A stretch of 64,000 nucleotides of DNA from Candidatus Eiseniibacteriota bacterium (lineage in GTDB: Bacteria > Eisenbacteria > RBG-16-71-46): contig JACOSU010000081.1 in NCBI GenBank assembly GCA_016178685.1, forward strand, positions 722 through 64,721, given 5' to 3'. A program made the translations under genes and the position numbers. Below are positions 18,241 to 28,192 of the stretch, piece by piece; position 1 is the first letter of the stretch; every line of letters begins with the position of its first letter. Under the pieces are notes generated by a model. That model saw nothing but the letters and a program-made list of their open reading frames with translations, was not told the origin of the DNA and searched no databases.

Positions 18241-19893
18241 TCAAGGATCGAGCATGCGCGTACCCGCCCCGGGGCGCGCGGCGAAGTCAATTCCGGGCGG
18301 AGAGGCGGCGGGAAGCCGCACGTCGTTTCGCACCAGCAGCACGAGCCCCCTGTCGTGAGGAGAATCGGGCCAGAAGGAATGGACCCGGTAGCTGCGCTCG
18401 AACCACGGTCGCTCCGCCGAGAGCAGGCCCAGCCAGGCTCCTTTCGAGCTGCCGTAGAGAGCGATCAGTTCCGGGTTTCGCCGACGAACCTCGGCAGCCA
18501 GCAGCGCATAGCCCGCCCCGCGGTGGTACAGGCGCGCGAGCAAGCGGTCGGTGAGGCCGAACAGATCGATGATCGGCAGCTCCGACTGATAGCCGAGTCC
18601 TCCGATGTCATTCGCGGCCAGACGGCTCCCCGGCGGCGCCTGGACGCGCAGCCAGTCCCCGAGCGGCATGTGCGCCCGGTGAATGTTGTTCGAGTTGTCA
18701 ACGACGTAGGCCGGCCCGCACTGATCGTGAGGGGATAGAGCGCGCGCGTTTTCATGGAACGCGAGTCCCGCCCAGACCACACCGAGAGCGATCGCCCCAC
18801 GACCCGCACGGAATTCCCGGCGGGGCAGGAGCGCCTCCCACAGTGAATTCAGTCCGGTCGCGACACATGCCACCCATAGGGGCAGGATGTGAACGTAGAA
18901 GCGCAGACGAAGCACGTCCCCGCCCGCGAGCACGACGTAAGCCAGAAACGACGCCACGGCGCCGAACAGAAATCGCAGGGGTGTCGTGCGCGCGCGCGTG
19001 ACGGCGAGCGCCAGCAGAACCAGCAGCACGACGAGAACGCCCGCATCCGCGGCGAAGTCCCCGATCGAGGCCAGGCCCCGGTAAATCCGGGGCGCGTTCA
19101 GCGCGGTCTTGGCGTAGAACGTGTTCGGAAGAAAGTCCCCGTAGTAGCTCCAGCGCCAGATCCAGTAGGGAACCGCAAGCACCCCGCAGACGGCGGCCCA
19201 CGCCATCGGTCTCTGAAGCCGGCTGGCGCCCCGCGACGGTGCAACCAGCAGCGCGGTCCAGGCGATCGCCGCGAACAGAATCCCTTCGGGTCGCGCGAGG
19301 ATCAGCAGCCCGAAGAGAAGGGCGCTCACCGGTCGGGCATGATGCGCGCGATCTTCGGCGGCAAACGCGAGTGCCGCCCAGCTCAGGATCGCAGCGAACA
19401 GCGGCGCATCCATGCCGGCCACCGCCCACGCCGCGTAGAGCGGGCTCAGGGCGAGCAGCAGCGGGGCGAGCTTCGCCGCCCGCTCTCCGAGCCCCATCGA
19501 CCGGACCAGCTGATGGACCGCCGGGAGCGTGGCGATCGCCGACGAGATTCCCAGCACCTTCGCCGCGAGTTCGATCTGAATTCCGAGATGCCGGGCGAGC
19601 GAGAGCAACGAGATCCAGAGGAAGCACGTGTAGCCCTCCACGTGGTCTCCCGGCTGGTAGATCGGCCCCAGCCCGTTCGCCCAGTTGCGGGCGAACTGGA
19701 ATGCGATGAACGCGTCGTCCACCGTGAAACGCCAGTAGAGCGAGGCCTGCACGAGCAACAGCGCGCACGCGGCGATGACCGCGGTCCATCCCCTCCCGCT
19801 CGGCGAAAGCGCGGCCCGGAAACCCCACGCGGCGAGCGCGGTCGCGGCCAGCAGTCGGGCGAGAAACGGGTAATTGATCCACGAGAGACCCAT
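18241..19893 (-). CDS. Polytopic membrane protein, probably a GT-C-like glycosyltransferase (arabinofuranosyl/mannosyltransferase-like fold).
   Basis: Starts MGLSWINYPFLARLL. The first loop, RFTVDDAFIAFQFARNWANGLGPIYQPGDHVEGYTCFLW, carries a DD motif as in GT-C enzymes. There are more than 10 TM helices and a C-terminal soluble domain. Confidence 0.5.
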   Translation of the reverse strand: MGLSWINYPFLARLLAATALAAWGFRAALSPSGRGWTAVIAACALLLVQASLYWRFTVDDAFIAFQFARNWANGLGPIYQPGDHVEGYTCFLWISLLSLARHLGIQIELAAKVLGISSAIATLPAVHQLVRSMGLGERAAKLAPLLLALSPLYAAWAVAGMDAPLFAAILSWAALAFAAEDRAHHARPVSALLFGLLILARPEGILFAAIAWTALLVAPSRGASRLQRPMAWAAVCGVLAVPYWIWRWSYYGDFLPNTFYAKTALNAPRIYRGLASIGDFAADAGVLVVLLVLLALAVTRARTTPLRFLFGAVASFLAYVVLAGGDVLRLRFYVHILPLWVACVATGLNSLWEALLPRREFRAGRGAIALGVVWAGLAFHENARALSPHDQCGPAYVVDNSNNIHRAHMPLGDWLRVQAPPGSRLAANDIGGLGYQSELPIIDLFGLTDRLLARLYHRGAGYALLAAEVRRRNPELIALYGSSKGAWLGLLSAERPWFERSYRVHSFWPDSPHDRGLVLLVRNDVRLPAASPPGIDFAARPGAGTRMLDP

Positions 19894-19969
19894 CGCGCGA
19901 CCTCGCGGGACGGCATGAGAGAGAGTCCGGGTTCGGCGACGATCCGCCGTCGCGGCCATCGAGTCTAAA

Positions 19970-21463
19970 TCACTTCTCCCGCATCGGTGAAGCAGACCTC
20001 CCCGCCCGGACCGCGCGCCGGGAACGCGGCAGATCCTTCAGGATCGCCACGGCAATCTCTCGGCACAGCCGAGGACTGTAGTGCGTGAAGTCCACGTAGC
20101 AGGAGTTACAGCCCCGGTCCGCGTCCGAAATGTCGTAGAAATGCGGCAGTTCACCGGCGGCGATCGCGGCGCGCACGGTGTCGCGCATCGCGGCGAAGTA
20201 GCGGTACATGGGATCCCGGTCATAGTGCACGGGATCGCGATGAAACGCGTTAGAGGGCGAGAGCGGCCCGAGCGGCTGCAGAAACACTTCGAAGTCGAAT
20301 CCGTACGCCGCAGCAATCCGGTCGAGGAAACGGCCGTTCATCGAGTAGTAGGCCAGGATCTTGGTCTGATACCGGTGGACGTCCCTGGCCGCACCATCGA
20401 AATCGGGGGCCAGCCGCGCGTGGGCGCGATAGTGCAATAGCGGGTCCACATGGTAGAGGGCGGAAGGCACGTCGAGATCCGCATCGCGGTCGAGCTCCGA
20501 GTTTGGAATCCGCCGCTCCCGTCCGCTCTCGATCCCCGTGAGAAGCGCATCGAGCAGCGGCAGGCGCCTCACGATGAAGGAGGCGGGCGGGTGCTGCGCG
20601 CTCGAGATGTTGAAGCCCCAGCCATAGGCGTTGGAGAGACGGGACGGCGACTCCGCAGGCGCGAAGGGCACCTCATGCATTCGGGTAAAGTCGTTGAGAC
20701 CATCAACGAAGATCACCCGAGACGGCCGGTATCCCTTCTTGAGCAGCAGCAGCAGCTTGTCAATCTCAAGGTTCTGGTGGTAGGCCTCCACCGCGAAGTT
20801 GAGGTAGGTCGCCCCGGAGTCCAGCTCGTTGAGATACGCCGCGATGGTCTCGTCATCGGTGACCGCGTGGCCAAACGCGGTCGAGCCTCCCATCACCCAG
20901 GTCGCACCGTCGATCTTCTCCCGCGCGTTGCGAGCATTCACGAAGCGCGTGTATCGCATGTTTTCCAGACCCACGTTGTAGAACCGGGACGTCACCGGGC
21001 CCTCCATGAACTCAAGCGTCGGGTGCCAGGTGAGGTTTGGGGGTTGGAGCAGCAACTGGATTTCCTCGTCGGTGTGCCCCCCCATCAGGGCGCGGAACTG
21101 GCCGGGGTGCCTCGCGTGCATCTCCTCGACCGACACGAAGTTTGAAGCAGGCGCGGCACGCGGTGAACGCAGCACGAAGGCGGCGAGATTCGCGAGACCG
21201 AAGAGGAGAAGCGTATTAAAGGTCGAAAGCGCCACCGCCACGTAGAGGTTCCCGGCCCCCGCGAGCGGCGGCGCGCGACGCCTCGCGAGGAGAAAGATCG
21301 TGCCGAGAGTGATCGCGGCTGTCTCGAAAACCCAGATGAGCGTCGTGGTCGACTGGCTCAACCTGCCGTCCGGGCTGAACGCGCGGGCGAGCAGCCACGG
21401 GTTGCAGAGGATCCCAACGAGGATGAGGAACCACCCGACGAAACGCAGCCACCGATGGTGCAC
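19970..21463 (-). CDS. Membrane-anchored SGNH/DltD/AlgJ-like protein, a putative polysaccharide O-acyl transfer or esterase component.
   Basis: A single N-terminal TM (WLRFVGWFLILVGILC) is followed by a large soluble domain with GGSTAFGHAV and VIFVDGLNDF motifs. The call is tentative. Confidence 0.45.
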   Translation of the reverse strand: MHHRWLRFVGWFLILVGILCNPWLLARAFSPDGRLSQSTTTLIWVFETAAITLGTIFLLARRRAPPLAGAGNLYVAVALSTFNTLLLFGLANLAAFVLRSPRAAPASNFVSVEEMHARHPGQFRALMGGHTDEEIQLLLQPPNLTWHPTLEFMEGPVTSRFYNVGLENMRYTRFVNARNAREKIDGATWVMGGSTAFGHAVTDDETIAAYLNELDSGATYLNFAVEAYHQNLEIDKLLLLLKKGYRPSRVIFVDGLNDFTRMHEVPFAPAESPSRLSNAYGWGFNISSAQHPPASFIVRRLPLLDALLTGIESGRERRIPNSELDRDADLDVPSALYHVDPLLHYRAHARLAPDFDGAARDVHRYQTKILAYYSMNGRFLDRIAAAYGFDFEVFLQPLGPLSPSNAFHRDPVHYDRDPMYRYFAAMRDTVRAAIAAGELPHFYDISDADRGCNSCYVDFTHYSPRLCREIAVAILKDLPRSRRAVRAGRSASPMREK

Positions 21464-21859
21464 AGCAGTCTCCCCTCAGGTGTAGAAACGGCCTTACACG
21501 CACCTGCGTGGCAAGTTGACGATGCAGCCGGGCTGGACGAGGTCCGGGTACGCAGGACCCGGAGGATTTCGTTCAGCGCCTGTCGAACGTCGCACCACGG
21601 CCACCCCGCCCGTCGGAGCGACGCGAGGGCTTCGGAATCATCGGCTCGAGGATATTCCACGGTTCGTCGGTGAGGTCCGTGGCCCCCTGCTCGGCGCCAG
21701 CCATGACGCATTCGGGGAGCAGGCTACCTCAACTACCGCTGCCGGACCATGCGAGCGCTGCTGGCCGACCTCCTCCGCCGGCTCGAGACGCGGTTCTCGA
21801 CCGGGGAGGAGTACGCCCTTGCAGCCTGACCTCAGCTTCACCGTTTCGGGCGAAGTGAT

Positions 21860-22864
21860 TCAGCCGATCGCGTCTCGCAGCACCTGGCGCACACGCTCGA
21901 CCCCGATCTCGATCGCGAATTCGCGCGCCGCGCGAGCGCGAACGTGTGCCGACATGCGCCGCCGCAACGGTTCGTCGTCGAGCAGTCGGATGATCCGGTC
22001 CGCGAGCTGCGCCGGTTCGTGGGGCGGCACCAGGAATCCGTCCTCGCCGTCCCGGATGAAGTCGGGAATCGCGCCCACCGAAGTAACGACCATCGGAAGG
22101 CCGGCCGCCATCGCTTCGGGAATGACGAGCGGAAACGCTTCGGTCCAGGACGGCGAAACGAACACGTGCGACGAGACATAGGCCCGCGCGAGATCGGCGT
22201 CTTCGAGCGATCCGAGAAACGTCACGTGCGGGGCGAGAGCGCGGCGCTCGACCTCATCGCGCAGCCGCGGCTCCAGGGCGGCGCTCTCCGCGACGCCACA
22301 GAGGACGAACCGGGTCTCGGGATGCTTCGCGAGCACGGCCGGCGCCGCCTCGATGAGATCGCCGAAACCCTTGGGCGCTGACAGCCGTCCGACGAACAGC
22401 ACCGAGCGCTCGCCCGGCTGAAGCCACGGCGCCGCCGCGCCCGGCTTCGCGGCCTCGAAGCGCGCGACCTCCACCGGATTCGGCGACCAGGTCACGCCGT
22501 CGTGCCGCCAGGCCCGCGACATCTCCCTTTGAAACGTCGGGCCCAGCACGATCACGCGGTGGGCGGTCCGCATCATGACGCGACCCGCCCATCGTCCGAA
22601 CGGCGTGCGCGGCGAGGGGAACGCGGTGTGCAGCGTGCCGTGGTAGACCCGGGGCCGCACGCGGGCCAGCGCCAGGATCAGCCGCCACACGTTGCGGACG
22701 AAGTAGAGTGGCGAGGTCCAGTCCTGTTTTTCGACCGCCCAGCGCAACGCGCCTTTCGAAGTGTCCACGGTGTGGATCTCGAAGTCGCGCGCGAGGCTCG
22801 ATTCCACCAGCATGCGGTTGACGATCTGAACGCCGCCGAGCGGCGGCGGAAGCGGCCCGATCAT
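21860..22864 (-). CDS. GT4 family glycosyltransferase (GT-B fold).
   Basis: N-terminal MIGPLPPPLGGV. The C-terminal half, FVGRLSAPKGFGDLIEA...EAFPLVIPEAMAAGLPMVVTSVGAIPDFIRDGEDGFLV, is the classic GT4 E-x7-E region. The 290-codon upstream extension in the track ORF is Arg-rich and was rejected. Confidence 0.8.
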   Translation of the reverse strand: MIGPLPPPLGGVQIVNRMLVESSLARDFEIHTVDTSKGALRWAVEKQDWTSPLYFVRNVWRLILALARVRPRVYHGTLHTAFPSPRTPFGRWAGRVMMRTAHRVIVLGPTFQREMSRAWRHDGVTWSPNPVEVARFEAAKPGAAAPWLQPGERSVLFVGRLSAPKGFGDLIEAAPAVLAKHPETRFVLCGVAESAALEPRLRDEVERRALAPHVTFLGSLEDADLARAYVSSHVFVSPSWTEAFPLVIPEAMAAGLPMVVTSVGAIPDFIRDGEDGFLVPPHEPAQLADRIIRLLDDEPLRRRMSAHVRARAAREFAIEIGVERVRQVLRDAIG

Positions 22865-22980
22865 CAGGACCCGGGGGCGTGCGGCCTTCCCGTTCGCCGC
22901 TCGCGCGGATCCGGCCGGCCCCGCGCTCCCCAAATCGGTGAGGCGAGCGGAAAGCGGCGACTCGGTCACGGGTCCCGAGC

Positions 22981-25167
22981 TCAGGTCGAAGCGAACGGGA
23001 AGTGCGTGTCCATGAGCACCACGCGGCGCTCGGCGATCGAACGCCGCGCCGCGATCAGCGCCTGCGCCGCGACCACGAAGCTCTCGGTGTGATCCGGGGC
23101 GCCGCCCGCTCGCGAGAACTGGGCGGCCATCGCTTCGAGCATCGCCTTCTGCCCCAGATCCGGCTGAAGCTTCGAGGTTTTTCCGTCCGATGCGCCGCCG
23201 CGCAGCGTGAGCGAGCGGAATCCCGAGATGCGCGCCGAACGGCCGCCGCCCTGGATGTCGATGGTTTCGCGCTCCCAGCCCCGCTGGCTGCCGCACACGT
23301 AATGCACCGCGCCCAGGCCGCCGTTCGCGAAACGCATCTGGATCGCCCAGCTTTCTTCGCGATGCCCGGGATCGGGGGTCGCGAGCGCGTGCATTTCGAC
23401 CGGCAGGCTCTGCTGAAAATGAATCGCGAGATCGATGAAGTGGCACACGTCGCCGAACAGGATGCCGCCTCCAACCGACGGATCCTGGTACCAGCTGTCG
23501 GACGGAATCCCGGCGGCGCGCACGGTGCACGTCACCTGCCGCACCGGCACGCCCTCGAAGTGAACGAGCGCGCGGCGGCTGAGCGGCGCGAAGCGGCGGT
23601 TGTGCCCCAGCCACAGCGTGGGTCCGCCTTCGGCATGGCGCGCGAGCAGGGGCAGGATGGGATCGAGCTGTTCGCCCGAGAGCGCGAGCGGTTTCTCGAC
23701 GTACACGTGCTTGCCGGCTGCGAGCGCCTCGCACGTCAGGCGCGCGTGACTGTCGTGGCGCGTGGCGATCGCGATCGCGGTGATCTCGGGATCGCGCATC
23801 AGCTCGCCGGCGTCGGTGGTGGCGATGCGGAACCCGTAGCGCTTCGCGAGCGTTTCGGCGTTCATGCCCTTCGTGGTGCAGATCGCTTCGAGGCTCAGGC
23901 CGTCGAGCGCGGCGAGGTGCGGCAGAATCATCGACTTCGCGTAATTGCCGGCGCCGATCATGCCGAGCCGGACCGTTGCGCGCGCTCTCGTGCTCTCGAA
24001 GCGTACGGTGCGCGTCTCAGTCCCGGGCGCCGCGGCTTCGGCTTCGGGATACTCGAACACGATCCCGACCGCCGAGGCCAGCTCCCCGCCCGCAATTCGG
24101 TCAAACACGCCTATCGCCTCGCCGAACGGAAAGCGATGCGTGATCAGGCGCGCGAGGTCGAGCCGGCCCTGCGCGATCAGATCGAGGAACGCCGCCATGT
24201 TGCGATTCGCGGTCCAGCGCACGTATCCGATCGGGTAGTCCCTGCCGCGCGCCAGATACTCGGCGTCGAACATGCCCGCTCCCATCGCGCGGCTGAACCG
24301 GAAATCGATCTCCTTGCCGAACCAGGTGCGCCATTCGAGCTCGATCTGCGTGTTGCCCAGGCACACCACGCGCCCGCGGTCGCGCACCAGCTGCGCCGCC
24401 ATCTCGACCGGCTGGTTGCTGCGCGTCGAGGTGGTGAGCAGCACCGCGTCCACGCCTGCGCCGGCCGTCATGCGGAGCGCATGGGGCAGCGCTTCGTCCG
24501 CCGATGACGCGCACGCCGCCTCGGCTCCGTTCGCGATCGCGAGCGCGCACTTGGAGGCATCGAGGTCCACGCCCATCACGCGGCAGCCGTTCGCGCGGCA
24601 TAGCTGCACCAGGAACTGGCCGAGCAGCCCGAGCCCGATGATCGCGACGCTCTCGCCGAGTTCGAGCCGGGCCTGGCGCACCGACTGGAGCGCGATTGCG
24701 CCGATCGCGCTCGAACTCGCGGCCTCGAGGCTCACGCCCGCCGGCACCGCCACCACCAGATTGCGCGGCACCGCGTTGTACTCGGCATGGGTCGCGAGGC
24801 CTTCGCCGATGCACGCCACGCGGTCGCCGACCCGGAACTCGTCGACCTGCGATCCCACCGAACTCACCGTTCCCGCGCAGCTGTAGCCCAGCGTGGTCGG
24901 AGCCTTGAGACGCTCCTGCACCTTTCGCACGGTGGGCATCAGCCCCTGGTCGCGCAGCGTCTCGATCACGTGGCGCACCTGGTCGGGGCGCTCCCTGGCT
25001 TTTTCGGCCAGGTTCATGCGCGCCTGAGTGACCTTCATCTTTTCGGTCCCGACGCTCACGAACGAATAATGCGTGCGCACCAGCACGTCACCGGGGCCGA
25101 CGTTCGGCAGCGGAACGTCGCCCGCTTCCAGCCGGCCGTCTCGGAGGTACTGGCGGATCTGCTTCAA
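22981..25167 (-). CDS. Bi-domain oxidoreductase: an N-terminal Zn-dependent alcohol dehydrogenase (MDR) domain fused to a C-terminal Gfo/Idh/MocA NAD(P)-dependent oxidoreductase domain.
   Basis: The N-terminal part has VGPGDVLVRTHYSFVSVGTE, GDRVAC and IIGLGLLGQF. The C-terminal part has LGMIGAGNYAKSMILPHL, EKPLALS, FDSHA-like region. This fusion is known from EPS loci. Confidence 0.8.
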   Translation of the reverse strand: MKQIRQYLRDGRLEAGDVPLPNVGPGDVLVRTHYSFVSVGTEKMKVTQARMNLAEKARERPDQVRHVIETLRDQGLMPTVRKVQERLKAPTTLGYSCAGTVSSVGSQVDEFRVGDRVACIGEGLATHAEYNAVPRNLVVAVPAGVSLEAASSSAIGAIALQSVRQARLELGESVAIIGLGLLGQFLVQLCRANGCRVMGVDLDASKCALAIANGAEAACASSADEALPHALRMTAGAGVDAVLLTTSTRSNQPVEMAAQLVRDRGRVVCLGNTQIELEWRTWFGKEIDFRFSRAMGAGMFDAEYLARGRDYPIGYVRWTANRNMAAFLDLIAQGRLDLARLITHRFPFGEAIGVFDRIAGGELASAVGIVFEYPEAEAAAPGTETRTVRFESTRARATVRLGMIGAGNYAKSMILPHLAALDGLSLEAICTTKGMNAETLAKRYGFRIATTDAGELMRDPEITAIAIATRHDSHARLTCEALAAGKHVYVEKPLALSGEQLDPILPLLARHAEGGPTLWLGHNRRFAPLSRRALVHFEGVPVRQVTCTVRAAGIPSDSWYQDPSVGGGILFGDVCHFIDLAIHFQQSLPVEMHALATPDPGHREESWAIQMRFANGGLGAVHYVCGSQRGWERETIDIQGGGRSARISGFRSLTLRGGASDGKTSKLQPDLGQKAMLEAMAAQFSRAGGAPDHTESFVVAAQALIAARRSIAERRVVLMDTHFPFAST

Positions 25168-25476
25168 TGAAGCCTCGAGTTCTGGGGGTGAGGGCGCCTC
25201 GGCCGGGGGGCCGTGGAAGGCGAACGTGGGGTCGGCGGCGGGCGCACGTCGGTTGAGTTTATCACGTGCGCGTGCGCCAGTTCCACCGCGCGGCGAGGCG
25301 GGTTCGGGCGCGCAAATGGTAGAATGGAGAGCCCGCAGGCTCCCTGCGGGGCCACATCAACGCGAAGCCCGGGCCCCACCCCGTGCACGCCCCGCCCGAC
25401 GCAATCCGGCGGTTGCGCGCGGCGGCGTGTTGCGCCACCTTGGGCGGGATCGGAAGTGCTGCTCGAGGAGGCGTTC

Positions 25477-27195
25477 GTGAGTACGGGCGGAAGACGCTTT
25501 TTCGTGTCCCTCGCATTGATCGTGGCAATCGGCGCCGCGCTCCGGATCCCGCTCGTCGCCCTGGCCGCGGACTCCTACCGGCTGACCGAGTCGTTCAACA
25601 TCGAGGAAGTCGAAAACATCCGGCTCTCGACCGGCATGCTGCACAAGCACGACCCGAATCCCCACGCCTTCGAATATCCGAGCCTGTTCTACTACCTGAG
25701 CTTGATCGTCGAAGCGCCGCTGCGGGCCCCAAGTCACGACGCGTGGCGCGCGTATCTGGTCGGCGTGCGGGGGCTCTCCCTCCTGTTCGGCCTCGGCATC
25801 ATCTGGAACGTCGCGCTGCTGGCCCGACGGCTGGCCGGGGATCTGGCCGGGCTGCTCGCGGCGGCGCTGATTCTGTTCGACCGCACCATGATCGACATCT
25901 CGACACTGGCCAAGCCCAACGCCGCGCAGGTCTTCTTCGTGCTCGCGGCGTTTCTCGCATTTCTCTCGCTGGCCCACAGGCCGCGCGTCTCGACCGCGTC
26001 TTTCGCAGCCGCGCTGCTGGCCTTCGCCACCGCCAGCAAGTGGCTTGGCGCGCTCGCGCTCGCGCCTCTCGCGCTCGCGCCGCTGCTGTCCTCTCCCTCG
26101 ACGGCGCCGCGCGGTCTCCGCCGCCTGCTCGACACGCTGCGGGCCGGTCTCCGCGCGCCGGTCGCGCCGTGGCAGGTCGCTCTTCCGGTCGCCACGTTCG
26201 TCGTTCTGTTTCTCGCCATGGTGCCGTTCTCCATTCTATCGCCGCGCGAATTTGGCTTCGGCCTCGCGCAGACCTTCACCGCTCAGTCGGTCCACCAGCG
26301 CGCGGTTTCGATCTGGACGCCGCTGGCGTTCGCCATCCAATCGCTGGGGCCGCTCGGCGCTCTGTTCGCAGGGCTGGGCCTGCTCGCGGCGCTCGCGCGG
26401 CTCGCGCGGTGGGAAGCAACTCGCGCCGAACGCGGACTTCTTCTGGTGCTTGGATGGGCTCTGGCCTATGGCGCACTGCTGATCCTGGTGTTCGTGAAGC
26501 TGCCCTCCTACATCGATCTGTGGATTCCGTTCCTGGCGATTCTCGCAGGCGTTGCGCTGGCGGGCCCTCGCGGCCGGTTCGGCTCCCCGGTCCTTCGCGC
26601 CTCCGCGGTGGCGGCGGCCCTGATCGCCGGCCTGCTCTCGAACGGCGGGTACGCCGCGGCCCGCGCCCTGACCGCGCGCGTGGCCGACACCCGGATCTCC
26701 GCGGGGCAATGGATGGATGCTCACGCCGCGGCCGGAGATTCGATCCTCGCCGATCTGGGCGCGTTCGTTCCGGATCGGCTCACGCACGTGCGCTGGAACG
26801 GGTGGGGCAGCCCGCCGCGCACGGTGTACGACGAGAATGCGACGTGGGGATGGGATCCGGTGTGGCCCGAATGGTATGGAGGGCACCGCCGGCTGTCGTT
26901 CGAGAACGTCAAGTGGAAGGACCCGATGATGCTCCTCGCCGAGCGGCCGCGCTGGATCGTCACGTCGGATGCGTGGTCACAGATTCGTGCGCGACCTTCC
27001 CACGCGAGTGAGACCGCCGCGCCCGAGTACGACGCGACGCTCGCGGACGGCAGCGCCGGGTATGCGCTCTGCGCACGATTCGACCCCGCCCCGGCCCCCG
27101 CGAACCCGTGGAAACTGCTCGCCGCGCTTCGTCCCCCGCGTTCCGCGGTTCAGTATGGCGGTCCGGATCTGCGGATCTACGAGCGGGTGCGCTAG
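25477..27195 (+). CDS. GT-C family membrane glycosyltransferase (ArnT/PMT_2-like).
   Basis: GTG start with GGAGG at 25466..25470. First TM then the loop LTESFNIEEVENIRLSTGMLHKHDPNPHAFEYPSLFYYLSLIV. About 12 TM helices and a C-terminal periplasmic domain. Confidence 0.65.
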   Translation: MSTGGRRFFVSLALIVAIGAALRIPLVALAADSYRLTESFNIEEVENIRLSTGMLHKHDPNPHAFEYPSLFYYLSLIVEAPLRAPSHDAWRAYLVGVRGLSLLFGLGIIWNVALLARRLAGDLAGLLAAALILFDRTMIDISTLAKPNAAQVFFVLAAFLAFLSLAHRPRVSTASFAAALLAFATASKWLGALALAPLALAPLLSSPSTAPRGLRRLLDTLRAGLRAPVAPWQVALPVATFVVLFLAMVPFSILSPREFGFGLAQTFTAQSVHQRAVSIWTPLAFAIQSLGPLGALFAGLGLLAALARLARWEATRAERGLLLVLGWALAYGALLILVFVKLPSYIDLWIPFLAILAGVALAGPRGRFGSPVLRASAVAAALIAGLLSNGGYAAARALTARVADTRISAGQWMDAHAAAGDSILADLGAFVPDRLTHVRWNGWGSPPRTVYDENATWGWDPVWPEWYGGHRRLSFENVKWKDPMMLLAERPRWIVTSDAWSQIRARPSHASETAAPEYDATLADGSAGYALCARFDPAPAPANPWKLLAALRPPRSAVQYGGPDLRIYERVR

Positions 27196-27347
27196 ATCGT
27201 GGGCGCCTGGACGAGGCGGCCCCGAGCACCTCGCCCGCCGGCGCCTCCGGTCGGCAGCGACGCCTTGCGGCTGCATTCGGCCCCGGCTAACGTAGGGTGC
27301 GTTTCGAACGCGCCACGCTGGCGGCGGCGGCGGCCCCGGCCATCGAG

Positions 27348-27938
27348 ATGGAGGAGACGGTGAAGCAGAAGCTTCCCCACTTTCGGGGGGCATTGGTCGA
27401 ATTGTTCGCCCGGATTCGGTGGAAGCTGCTGATGATGATGCCGAACGAGGGCCGGATTCGCGTGTTGCGGCAGCACGGCGTCCGCATCGGCGAGGATTGT
27501 CTGATCTACACCACACTGTTCTCGACCGAGCCGTATCTGGTCGAGATCGGCGACCACGTCGCGATCTCCTCGGGGACCAGCTTCGTCACGCATGACGCCT
27601 CGGGCTGGGTCTTCAGGGAGCACCCCAAGATGGATGTCTTCGGACGCATCCACGTGGGGAACAACACGTTTTTCGGCACCAGCTGCACGGTGCTGCCCGG
27701 CACGCAGATCGGTTCGAATTGCATCATCGGGTCGGGCTCGGTGGTGCGCGGGGTCATTCCCGACGATTCCGTCGTGTTCGGGAATCCAGCCCGGGTCATC
27801 ATGAAGACTTCATTGATGAAACAGCTGCTCGTGAATCACAAGCACCGGCTCGACACCAAGTACCTTCCAGCGAAGGACAAGGAAAAGGTTCTGCGGCGCC
27901 ACTTCGGGCTCCCGGAGACCGGATCCAGGGGGGAATGA
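27348..27938 (+). CDS. Hexapeptide-repeat acetyltransferase (WcaF/WbbJ-like).
   Basis: IGEDCLIYTTLFSTEPYLVEIGDHVAISSGTSFVTHD...IHVGNNTFFGTSCTVLPGTQIGSNCIIGSGSVVRGVIPDDSVVFGNPARV. Confidence 0.75.
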   Translation: MEETVKQKLPHFRGALVELFARIRWKLLMMMPNEGRIRVLRQHGVRIGEDCLIYTTLFSTEPYLVEIGDHVAISSGTSFVTHDASGWVFREHPKMDVFGRIHVGNNTFFGTSCTVLPGTQIGSNCIIGSGSVVRGVIPDDSVVFGNPARVIMKTSLMKQLLVNHKHRLDTKYLPAKDKEKVLRRHFGLPETGSRGE

Positions 27939-27941
27939 GTC

Positions 27942-28190
27942 TTGGCCTCGGATACCATGACGGAGATCCACGACTACGTGCGGATGGAGTTCGCGCCGGA
28001 GCGGGCATCGGTCGCTCCCGATGAGAATCTTCTGGCCCAGGGGATCGTCGATTCGCTCGGCATTCTCAAGCTCGTGACGTTTCTCGAGCAGCGATTCGGG
28101 TTCGAGGCCGCCGATGACGACCTGGTCCCCGAGAATTTCTCGACGCTCGAGATGATCCGGGATTTCGTGGAGAGGAAGAGGAAGCCCTGA
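27942..28190 (+). CDS. Acyl carrier protein (phosphopantetheine-binding).
   Basis: 77-82 aa, acidic, with the 4'-PP attachment motif LAQGIVDSLGILKLV. The start is TTG at 27942 (GGGGGGA 5 nt upstream) or ATG at 27957. Confidence 0.75.
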   Translation: MASDTMTEIHDYVRMEFAPERASVAPDENLLAQGIVDSLGILKLVTFLEQRFGFEAADDDLVPENFSTLEMIRDFVERKRKP

Positions 28191-28192
28191 CG

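Noticed and set aside
21700-21830. Short plus-strand ORF (about 21745..21828) MRALLADLLRRLETRFSTGEEYALAA in the 400-bp gap upstream of the 19970..21463 gene.
   Set aside because: It is only ~27 codons with no homolog I recognise. It could be a gene remnant or chance ORF, and the evidence is insufficient to call it.
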